Shown here: positions 12,599 through 22,863 of the stretch, one piece after another
Layout of the letters: each line of letters begins with the position of its first letter
How positions within the stretch are numbered: the first letter of the stretch is position 1
Assembly (NCBI GenBank): GCA_004022145.1
Contig: RCNU01000003.1
DNA from: Paecilomyces variotii
Lineage: Eukaryota
Direction: 5' to 3' (one strand)
DNA length: 64,000 bases
The notes under the pieces: model-generated
What the model was told of the DNA's origin: nothing
Seen by the model: only the letters and a program-made list of their open reading frames with translations
Database searches by the model: none
Position numbers and translations under genes: made by a program

Positions 12599-12847
12599 TC
12601 AAAGTGTTGGTGCCAGGAGCGTGGCAGCACATGCAGCCTGGCAAGTTCCAAACGCTGCATTACAGGCGACGATTGACGCGGGCGCAGAAGCTCCCAGGGT
12701 CGCTCCCCATGTAAATCCCGCTGCAGAATAACATGCCGTTACCACAGCCGCGCATCCAGCTTGGCATACACCGTACGCCGCTGGTCCCGCGACGGCTCCA
12801 GTGGCTAAGTAAAAGATAACACAAATAACTGCAGATAGAAACTTCAT
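12599..12847 (-). CDS. Small secreted Ala/Gly/Cys-rich protein (resembles the family often annotated 'zygote-specific' or cysteine-rich protein)
   Basis: 82 aa. Signal peptide MKFLSAVICVIFYLATGAVA. Mature part GPAAYGVCQAGC...ACY...ACN...TCQAAC has six Cys. Confidence 0.8.
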   Translation of the reverse strand: MKFLSAVICVIFYLATGAVAGPAAYGVCQAGCAAVVTACYSAAGFTWGATLGASAPASIVACNAAFGTCQAACAATLLAPTL

Positions 12848-13417
12848 TTTTCGAGAGTAATAGATGGGTAACTTGAGTTGTCTCCAGAAGGTGGATGTTT
12901 AGCCCCTGGCTATGAAGTTCGTTGATGTTGTTCGCTGGTATGAAAGTAGAAAGAGGACATGGAGGGGCTAACATGTTGAAGTACTTATATTGTCTAACCC
13001 CGCATCCTCTCAGCCTTGCTGTGCCGCAGTTTGAGCGTCTTTGTATATTCTCTGTAGGCTGAAGCTGCCTGGAGCCTGGATTCTCCACCAAGCGCAGGCT
13101 GTTCACCTCCATTGTTGGAGCTCGCTCAGGCAGAGGCGTGGGAGAACTCCGCCAGGGTGATCCTAGATAGCAATCTTCGAGATATATGGTTGATCTCTCT
13201 AATACCTACCTACCTAGTTATACAATGTATCAATAAGTCACATGATACTTTTAATAAGATACAACAAAACAGCGGATGTTTTACAAATATTCTTTGAGTG
13301 AAATATAGCTATTTACTACAGAAAAAGCACAACACTGCATAGTATAACAACGAGTCATAGCTTAACTGCCTGCTACTTTCACAGACCCACAGTATTCTAG
13401 CATAAAGAGCTCGTGAT

Positions 13418-13466
13418 TTGTTTTTTTTGTTTTTTGTTTTTTTTTTTTGTTTTTTTTTTTTTTTTT
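13418..13466. repeat. Interrupted poly-T tract
   Basis: About 49 nt of T broken by single Gs. Confidence 0.85.
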
Positions 13467-13646
13467 AGGTGTGTTGACTCTGGCTTGCGCAGGATCATGC
13501 CTACAGCAACACCAGACGCGTTAAGATCTTTTATGCTTTATATGACTCACTGCGCTCCCACAAAGATGACACACACTGAATTTTCTGATACTTTAAGACA
13601 CCCCCTCTTTCTGTCTCCATTTTTGAACCAACCCTCAATCCAAGAT

Positions 13647-14487
13647 ATGGTTTCTCGTCGGGCCCGCAAGGGTATATCTCGCGGTGAGCGAGATCGGAAG
13701 AAAGAACAAAATAAGAACTTAGCTCAACCCTCTGCAGTACAGAAGAAGCTGCCATCGAAGTCGAGAAGGGATCGAAAGAAGGCAATTCAACAAGCTTCAA
13801 AATCTACCGTAAGTACATACATCCAGTACCATCTCTCTCTTTAACAGAATCTGAAAAAACAAAAAACAGGCTGGAAATCCGAAGGAAATACACACAACTC
13901 CTCAACCTGGCGATATCTACAACGGGATCCCAACCACGGCTATTGAAAAGGTCTTCTCCTTAGCCCTTCAATACCGACATATGAACCCCAGCATAGATGT
14001 CATCACCAGCCTTAGCAAGACAAAACTAGACAGAGATATCGTCTCTTGCCTCATAGAATCGGCACTTCGACTTCTTCCTCCACCCACTACACCAGAAGGA
14101 ATCAAAAAGCAACAACAACTATCTGAAAGAAAGAGAGAACTTGCTCAAAAATCTGAGAATGAATTCATCGACGCTCTTCGCAAAAAGGGTTACGAGTTCC
14201 TAACTGAGAAAGAGCAACAAAAGAAGGGAGATAAGACCGGGGTAACTCCCGACGTCCGATTTAAAGACCCTGTCAATATCTCTGGACATGTTTGTTCTTG
14301 GCTGGAATATAAGAGCTTTTTCGGGTTTCGAAAAAATCCTTTTGTAGCCACGAAAAATAGGAAGCAGTTGAGGAAGTATGCGATGGAAATCGGACCAGGT
14401 GCTGTCGTGTACAAATTCGGGTATGAGATGGGGCATTTGGATATGGATGGAGTTAAGGCTTTTCGTGAGAGTGATCTTTTGGCGTAA
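13647..14487 (+). CDS. TPD-domain / CDIN1 (C15orf41)-like PD-(D/E)XK nuclease-fold protein
   Basis: Motif E...TPDVRF...SWLEYKSFFG...QLRKY...GPGAVVY. Basic N-terminal exon 13647-13808, intron 13809-13869, exon 13870-14487 in frame. Alternative upstream in-frame ATGs from 13497. Confidence 0.78.
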
Positions 14488-14927
14488 CTACAGTAGCTAG
14501 GGCCTACAGTAGCTGAGGCGTGGAGGAGGGACACTCGTTACAGGAGACCAGCGATTGGTTTTAATAAAACACTACTGCTAGACTTCTTGCAAGTACGTAT
14601 ATATCTTTACACGAATCAGAGATTAAGCTTTGAGGTATATATCTTAACACCTCAAATTTCAGGGCACTCTTAGTATAAGGTTACCAAGTATAGCTAGACC
14701 AGGTAGACCAGCTCTACTCTGCTTTTCACCAGCGGTATTCTTACTGTGGTAAGACTCTGCCTTGCTCTAGCCCTTCTTTGCTTCCCCTCAACTCCTCATC
14801 TCCTGACTTCTCTCCTTATGTATGTACATACAAATGAGATCCGTTCTCCTATTATCATGCTCTATTTTACACAGACCTCCCCTACCCAATAGCGCCGTCA
14901 CGTCATGTTACTCCTGGATTTAATGGC

Positions 14928-14959
14928 AAAAAAGGAAAAAAAAAAAAAAAAAAAAAAAA
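14928..14959. repeat. Poly-A tract
   Basis: AAAAAA-GG followed by about 24 A. Confidence 0.85.
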
Positions 14960-15247
14960 GGAGAAAAGCATCTTATCAGTAATTTCTATCAGAGATGGAC
15001 AAAATAACCAAGCATAAAGAGGACAAAAGAGCAAAGAAATATCAAGAAATCATGAGAAAATAGTCTAGTATCATGCAATAAGAACAATGCATATCCCACA
15101 CTCTCAGATCAGCCAACCAAGAACTCACCGCGCTTAACTTGAAAGCCTCGTAAGGATAACTTGACAACGTAACTGAAAAGTTAGGAGCCGAAGAATATCG
15201 GAGGAGCAATAGCATGTAACTTACCTAGATAGGTTCTTACCAGCATT

Positions 15248-16123
15248 CTAGCCCTTGGCAACAGGTCTTATTAGCATGCTCGGGTACACAAACTCGGGCG
15301 GCGTGACCACGTAGATCGGGAGGCCACGATACGTCCGCGAGTTGTAATTGTAGAACAACGCCGTGAGATGGATGTCTTGGACCTGAACCCGCCAACTGCC
15401 TGGGCAAGAGAAGTAGTTCATTATCGAGGCATCGTCCCGGAAACCGAAGCGTACAGACTTGCGCAGCTCTGTAAACTCGTGTCGCAGGCCCAAGATGTGC
15501 CCGATTTCGTGGGCGAAGAAGTTGGCCATGTACTTCTTGTTATCCTCGCGAAAAGCTGCACCGTAAACGAACAGCGTACGGCTCTCAGGTGTGTCGGCGT
15601 TGGGGAAGAAGGATTGAGCGAGGGTTCGGTTGTCCCTGCTCGCTGGCATCTGGCGATAGACGAGCCGGAACGTGGCCGGACAGTCGCGGTCTACAAGCCT
15701 GAACGTCACACCGGTGCCCTTCCAGAGGGCTACCGCTTCGACGAGCTTGCCCGTGGCGTAGGTGGCCTTGTCGCGGGTTGGGAAGCTTTCGGCGCAGACG
15801 GTGAAGGTGACGGTCGAAGCCCTTACCCACCGCCAGATGGCCGTGCCCATCCCGAGACGGATCGAAGTGATATCTCCGCCGGCAGACTCCTCCTCGGTGG
15901 CGCAGTAAGTCTGAGGTAGGCAGACTTCAGTGTGTCTGGTGTTGAAGAGTCCAGAAACTAAACCAGCGACCCTGGCCGCCATTTCCGCGAGGACGCCGGT
16001 AATAGTGAACGAACAACCACTTCGGAGAGGAGCATCAGGGACATCAGGTTCGGGTTCCCTAATGACCTGCTCGTCGGCACAGTCGATGATCGACTTTGTT
16101 GGTCGGAAGAGTTTTCCAAACAT
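15248..16123 (-). CDS. Metzincin (matrixin-like) zinc metalloprotease, no signal peptide
   Basis: HEIGHILGLRH (HExxHxxGxxH), Met-turn SIMNY, LAQSFFP strand. Intronless 291-aa ORF. Confidence 0.88.
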   Translation of the reverse strand: MFGKLFRPTKSIIDCADEQVIREPEPDVPDAPLRSGCSFTITGVLAEMAARVAGLVSGLFNTRHTEVCLPQTYCATEEESAGGDITSIRLGMGTAIWRWVRASTVTFTVCAESFPTRDKATYATGKLVEAVALWKGTGVTFRLVDRDCPATFRLVYRQMPASRDNRTLAQSFFPNADTPESRTLFVYGAAFREDNKKYMANFFAHEIGHILGLRHEFTELRKSVRFGFRDDASIMNYFSCPGSWRVQVQDIHLTALFYNYNSRTYRGLPIYVVTPPEFVYPSMLIRPVAKG

Positions 16124-17206
16124 TTTGATGGCACGTAATCTGTGAAGAAGAGAATAAGGACCAAGAGACAGGAACGCTTCCCTGGATAGCTGATTGTGCC
16201 TCGAAGAACGCGCATGCTGGGTATCATTATATACGTCGGATAGACGTCGACATAATAAAACGTTTTTTGAATCCTGAGATTAACAGTTGCCCTAATACTC
16301 CAAACCATTTCGACTTATTCTGATGTGGACTGCTGTCTTTGGGAAGCCGCAAGAACGACACAATATCTGTCGCAAGGCATCGAACCATATACATTGCTGA
16401 AGGCTGAAGGCAGACGGCGATATCCGTTGCTTGAAAAAGTTTCTCTTCATATTGATCAGACTTATCTCTCCAGGAGGGAGAGTTGTGGCAGTGAGAAAAG
16501 ATGTTAGGAATCTTCCACTTATGTGCAGACTGTTCGCAGTGTGGATCGTTTTTCGATAAAACTTTTGTCTCTCCAGTATACTGCTGTAAAAGTTTTGGGC
16601 TTCGGTGGTAGATGTAAGTCCAATGACGGCGGTTGCGAACAAAAGTTTTAACCCCATCGGTCAGGTACTATCAAGATTCGCCAGCAAACTTAGTTACTTG
16701 GCTAAAATCAGTTGCCGTTTTCTGAGAGCTGAGAGCTGTGGCTGGCTGATAATACCTGGCGCTAACTAACTATTTCAAATACTTTATGTCAGTACTAAGT
16801 ATCAGCGCGAAGAGATCATCACCCGTTTCTTATTGTCCCTTGAGCCTGAAAAAAGAAAAGATAATAATGATATATCAACCTGAGTACGTGTCGTGTCCTG
16901 CACCCCATGCCTGGTAGATGGGCTTGTCAGTGTAATGCCTATAGCCTTATATAGCGAGAGCAGTTCTTAGACGTTGCCCAAGAATCCTAGTCTTGCTTCC
17001 TGGCGCAGCAGTTTAGCTCCTAGAATGCTCCCTAGGGGTTAGGTCGTGACAGTCAGGAAAACGAAGTATCATGGACTCTATGGAATAGACCGAATTTGAA
17101 ATATGTATGTATATATGTATGTACAAGTACATCCAGTAGCTAGAAATATGATCTTGAGTAAATCGCTAGCCAATCTAATCCGCAGACCCTGTGATATCTA
17201 TATTTG

Positions 17207-18558
17207 TTACGCTATGTAAGAAGATGACAATGGAGACTCTGCCTTGTTGCCCTTATTAATTATCTCCGTCCTGTGGTCGCCCCTTCTGCCTCTCCGGTCT
17301 GTGCTGCCGAACCTGCTGTGGAAATCCCCAATCTTAGCAACCAGCTCGGATTTGGGAGCTGGACGAACCGCTTGCTTGGCCCAAAGGAAGTGATCTCGGC
17401 GAAGCATGCGGTCGGCGCCACCGGCCATGTCTCCCTGCTTGGATGTCTCTGAGAGGCCTTTTTCGAGCTTGTTGCGGTGCATCTCCCGCACGGCCTCAAT
17501 GGCAGCCTCCCAGACAAAGTCTCGGAGATCGGAGCCTGTGTAATCCTGCGTTGACCTGGCGATTTCGGCCAGGTCGAGATCCGGGTCCGTCTTCTCACCA
17601 GCCAGATGGATTTGCAGGATCCTCTCACGGCCTACGACATCAGGGATGTCAACCATGATGCGTCGTCCCAAGCGGCGGAGAATCCCCTCATCGATGTCGA
17701 AGGGCCGGTTAGATGCCGCGATCACCATGGGCTTGTTGGCACCCGCGGCGTTGATGCCGTCCATCTCGGCCAGGAACTGGTTGAGGTCGGATAGATGGCC
17801 GCGGCAGTTTCCCTCTGCTGATCGGGATCGGAAAATGGAGTCGGCCTCGTCGACGAAGATGATGCAGGGATAGTGCCGGCGCGCATATGCGAACATACGC
17901 TTGATTTTCTTCTCGCCCTCGCCTACGAACTTGGATCGGATGTCCGCACCGGAAATGGCAAGCATCCTGGCGTTGGCTTGTTTAGCAAGCGCCCGGACAA
18001 GAAGAGTCTTGCCGGTTCCTGGTGGCCCGTATAGGAGGACTCCAAGGCTCGAGGACTTGGATAAGATCCCAACCTTGAAGGCTTTGGGGTCCTGGATCGA
18101 CAAGGTCAGGACGTCGAGTGCATCGAGCACGTCGGGGCTGACGTGGACCTGCTCGAATGTCTCCGTGACATTGCCTAGACCTGTCAGCACAGCCAACGAT
18201 CTCCAACATGAATCGGCTGGGAGACCCCTGTCTGGAGTTCCTTACCAGGCTCGACGATGCATTCGCTGAATTCTCCGTCGCTGTTGTCATCGTCGTTGTC
18301 ACCGCATCCCAAGAGCACGCGCATTCCAAGCGAGGCGTCCCCGAAGGTCTCAATTCGCGCCTTCTTCCCACTGCGGTCCTCCTTGTCGTCGATGTCTTTC
18401 CGCTTCGAAGGACCGCTTGATCCTTCCGCAGTCGAAGAGCTCGCGCCGGACGTATACTCTGGATGCTTGGGATACGATTCAGCCTTACTCGCCTCAATGG
18501 CTCGCCGCAGCATATCCTCCTCTATGATCTCCGTGATCGCAGAGAAGGACTTAGACAT
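17207..18558 (-). CDS. Classic-clade AAA ATPase (Msp1/spastin/Vps4-like) with an N-terminal UIM-like motif
   Basis: Walker A GPPGTGKT, pore loop KFVG, Walker B IIFVDEAD, SRH ASNRPFDIDEGILRR. Exons 18558-18246 and 18174-17207 are joined by intron 18245-18175 (GTAAGG...GCTGAC...TAG). Confidence 0.9.
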
Positions 18559-19288
18559 GGCGCGAAAGAATTGGAGTCGACCGGGGCGGATTCTGTCTGA
18601 TTCGAGAGGAACAGGAGCAAACTAGTATTGATCAAAGACTCTCAAGCGTATACAAAATAGTATACAAAATAGGCGAGGAAACCAGAAACGTTGATTCTCA
18701 TATAAGGCAGTGCTTGCTTTCTGGACAAGAAATGTTATCTTCTATAGTTCGGAATCGCCGTCACAGATTAGCTTGAAAAGCCTTATAACACGTCGAGGAG
18801 TTACCTGCAGACTAAATTTGAGGTCTCTGGTTGCCTTTTTCTACATGTCGGATGGCGGACGCCCTAGCCATTCAGATATCTCAGTGGAAGATATTTCTCT
18901 TTTCGCGCTCTCAGCAAGCTGAGTATTACGTGGCAAATCTTACGCTTGTTTCAGTTGCTGTGAAATGTCGAGGCTGAGATTCATGCCCAACAGTGCCTGA
19001 TTCGCTGTGAAGAACGAGGCAGTGAATGCCTCGACATAATACGTACATCGCGTATCACAGTCAAAATGGCAACTGGAGAACTCGACAATCTAGCTCTTTT
19101 TCTGTCCACTCTTGTCTTGTTTTCCTATACTCTCTTGTTTTCTGTTAGAGATCCAGGCAGACTAACAAGGAGTTCTCCTTTTTGGTCGACTCATTTGCTC
19201 TTTGGATAAGACGTCAACCGAATCAAGCTGTGAATTTACCGCCATTTGCAGACTTCCCCAAAAGACACACGCCCTCAGAACCATAGCA

Positions 19289-21616
19289 ATGCCAGACTCT
19301 TCAGAGCCTTCTGGGATGTCCAATACCGTACGTGGACCCCAAAGAGCACTGAGGGCATCCAAAATAGAAGATGCAAAATGGGAAGAGCACAAAGACACGA
19401 TCAAGAAGCTATACATCGATGAGAATATGAGACTGGACGATTTGGCAAAGCACATGGAGAAGGAGTACAAATTCAAAGCAAGGCAAGTGTACTATTCCAA
19501 CAGCACAATGATCATGTGGTAGCTGACTGCGTTGGATTCTGCTCCAGTGACCAGCAATATAGAATCCAATTCGCCAAGTGGGATCTACGAAAGAACAGAA
19601 GGAAGAATGAGAAACGACCTGCAAGCCCCGGATTAGGTATGTGGCCCTGGCGCGAGGTGTATGAAACGTCCGAGAGCTTGTTTACAAATACCTAAGTGAG
19701 ATACTGAATAATATAACTAGATCAACCAAGAAAGATGATGGGCCCCCCATCCGGTTGTAATGGACCACTGGATAGTTTACAGAGTCGTCGTGGCGCTCAA
19801 CAAAGCATCGATGGGACTAATATGGATGCCTCTATGCAATTTAACTCACTACTAAGCCAACCGTTGGACTTGGACACCTGTGACAACCCCATTCCATCCA
19901 CGTTTGATCCTATATTCTCCGCATCGGACTTTGGCTTTGGTACGGGACCTTGGTCCCCTGTAAGTTTCCCCGCGCCCTTCCATTGTATGAATGAGGCTAA
20001 AGTGGCGTGAACAATCATGGCAGACGACACTATATCCGTTGCTATCAGGCCAACCGTCCCTAATATCTCATCAGAATTCACATGGAACCTCTTTTCCAAT
20101 GGCTGTTCCCTATAATTCACATGCAGCCTCTTTCCCGATGGGCACGTCCTATAATTTAGGACAATCATCCCAGGCATATTATCACAAAGAAAAGTCGCCG
20201 GGCCATGAACGAGTGAACATAATCGACACGGTAAGCAGGAAGCAGTCACAGCTGAGACAGTTTCGTGGCAGCAGCACCGGCAGATCCCCCATGAAGAGGC
20301 AAGCCATCCATCAGGCAGTACAAGCCGGCTCTCTAAATGCTGTCAAACTTTTGCTCAGCGTAGATCCTAAGTGCGCTCATAGTCATACGACGGAAGGCAT
20401 AAACACGATTTGGATCGCAGCTCAAGGAGGCCATGCCAACATCATCGGGCTGCTGATCAACCAACAAGTCGATGTGAACGCTCCCGCAATTGAGAGTAGG
20501 CGTACGCCAATCCATCAGGCTGCTCAGAACGGACATCTGAAGGTCGTCGAACTGCTCCTGGAACACGGGGCTATGGCAGATCCAATCGATTCTGATCATA
20601 TAACACCTCTCTGGAGCGCTGCTCAAGAGGGGCACTATGATATTTGCAAACTGCTTCTGGAAAATGATGTGGCGATCGAGGTCGAATCTTCTGATGCAGC
20701 TCGCCGTCCGATGCATCAGGCAGCTCAATGTGGGCATCTGAGAATCGTTGAGCTGCTATTGTCTTACGGGGCAGCCCCCGACCCGACAGACAATTCCGGT
20801 ATAACTCCCCTTTGGAGCGCAGCACAACAGGGCCACGCCAAGATCGTACGTCGGCTGCTGGAGGCAGACGCAAGGGTTGACGTGACTTCATATGACGGAT
20901 CCCGACAGCCAATTCACCAAGCGGCCCAAAATGGTCACCTTGAAACCGTGCAGGTTCTTCTAGATTTCGGTGCGAAGGCTACACCAGAGGAGGACAGTTT
21001 TGACGACACGACTCCTTCGCCGTTTTGGCTGGCTTGTGGCTCGACGAATGGCAATACCGACATTGTCAAGCTGTTTCTTCATCATGGAGCAGATGTAAAT
21101 TTCTCCGTGGCAAGCTCGGGAAAGAAGCCGCTCCACGCAGCGGCATACAGGGGTCACGTCGACATCACGCGACTTCTTATCGAGAGAGGATGCAATGTCG
21201 ATGCCAAAGAGGATGACGGCTGGACGGCATTGATGTTGGCCTCACAGGAGGGTCATTTACCGTTAGTGAACCTTCTTGTAGAGAAAAGCGCGAATGTGAA
21301 CGCAGAAGAGAAAGATGGGGCAACGTCTCTGTGGATAGCGTCTCAGCAGGGGCACACTGAGATTGTCCGAAGGCTTCTGGAACTGGAAGCCAAGCAACTA
21401 CCCACCAGGTCTGCGCAGAGACGGCCGATCCACCAAGCCGCTCAGAATGGACACCTATCTGTCTTACAGATGCTGTTGAAGGCGGCTCCAGAAGATATCA
21501 ACGCCGAGGATAAGAATGGGGCGACGCCTCTATTACTCGCTGCACAGGAGAACCAGCCGAGATATCTGGCCATAATGAACCATCTGATTTCAATGGGGGC
21601 TAAAGCCTCGGTCTAG
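19289..21616 (+). CDS. Clr5-domain protein with about 13 C-terminal ankyrin repeats
   Basis: Clr5-like WEEHKDTIKKLYIDENMRLDDLAKHMEKEYKFKASDQQYRIQFAKWDLRKN. Exons 19289-19482, 19548-19636, 19721-19959, 20024-21616. The first intron has a GC donor. Confidence 0.85.
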
Positions 21617-22257
21617 CTAGTTCGTGAGGTCATAATCTGTGTGGATAGGATAACTGGCATTAGCCCACCAAAAGGCCTATTGTTATGATTAGGTTATGTA
21701 TGTAGCTCCATTATTCACACCAGCGTTGTAGACTACTCTGTTTCTTCTGCGGTATCAGATTCTCTTTTCTAATGAGTCATGATTCAAATTATAAAACCTA
21801 AGATTCGTGACGATATCGGAGAAATGTAATACAAGAGGTACGTGAAACGCGACGAGATCATAAAGGGTAGTGGTGATATACAGGATCAACTAGGTATAAG
21901 AGTTCAAAGTTGGATCAAACAGAAAAGAAAAAAAGAATAAGTAAAATTACAAAGACAAGACGCCCACAAGGGAAGATTCAAGTTTGTTACCTCGGTAGGT
22001 AGAGTACTTCTATCAAGAAGCCAGGCCAGAGTGAACTAGACCAGACCAGAAAGAAATTCAGATCATCTTTTCGTTCGAGTAGCTGTCGGATGGGGTAGGA
22101 TATGATAGCCCCTCGATGCGTATAGCCGGCGAGGGTCGACTTTATAAAACGGTTGTATCGATCGTGCAGTGTACAGAGCCGGTCGGTAGAAGGTGATGGA
22201 CGCGGAGTATCGATTGAAGAGATTGCGAGAAAGGTATATTGTGTCCTTCTTTTTCGT

Positions 22258-22863
22258 CTATGCACTGCATTTGTTCAAGACCTTTTAGAACTCTAAGCTC
22301 TATCCAAGTGAATTTGGGAAGAAGGAAGGGGAAGAGAAAAAAGAGACAAATTAAGGGAGAGGGAAAACTTACAGCAAAGCCAAGGTCAAATCACCATGGA
22401 TACTAGCCTTCAATTCGACTTCCACGTCCAGATTCAGCTCGAGCTTGAGCTTCAATCCTTCCTCGTCGTCAATAGAGGTTTGCTTGTTCTGGTTATCGGC
22501 CGTCTGGAGACTCTGGTTGGGATTTCCTTCTCGCATGGGGATCTCTCCCCGTTGAGCGCGTGCGTAGGTGACTGGTCCATCCATGGAGGTCTCTGGAGGC
22601 CCGATGCGCTCAAAGGGCTGCATTGACTTGCGTGCGGACTGCGGTGATGCTGTCTTCATACCCTTATAGTTTGGGTCGATGTCATTCTGCTGTTGCTGTC
22701 TCTGCGGCTGTTGCTGTCGTCGTTGCAACTGCTGGTGTTGTTGCGGCTCCTCATCGTCGCTGTATTCCTCATCTGAGAAGTCGGAGTAGTCATAGTCGTC
22801 GCCGGAAGAGTAGTCGTCCTCCTCGACGGGGGCTTGTTGTCTTTTTTTCTCCACGGCCGACAT
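22258..22863 (-). CDS. Hydrophilic, disordered protein with C-terminal motif LKLKLELNLDVEVELKASIHGDLTLALL
   Basis: ORF 22863-22369. Probable intron 22372-22265 adds LA* ending at 22258; the unspliced form stops at 22369. Acidic and Q-rich N-terminus. Confidence 0.78.

Noticed and set aside
16292-16657. Minus-strand 121-aa ORF with a signal-peptide-like start upstream of the metalloprotease
   Set aside because: No recognisable domain, and I found no convincing splice sites linking it to the protease, so it may be a chance ORF.
17207-18558. Apparent frameshift splitting the AAA ATPase into two ORFs
   Set aside because: Fully explained by a canonical 71-nt intron at 18245-18175, so it is not a pseudogene.
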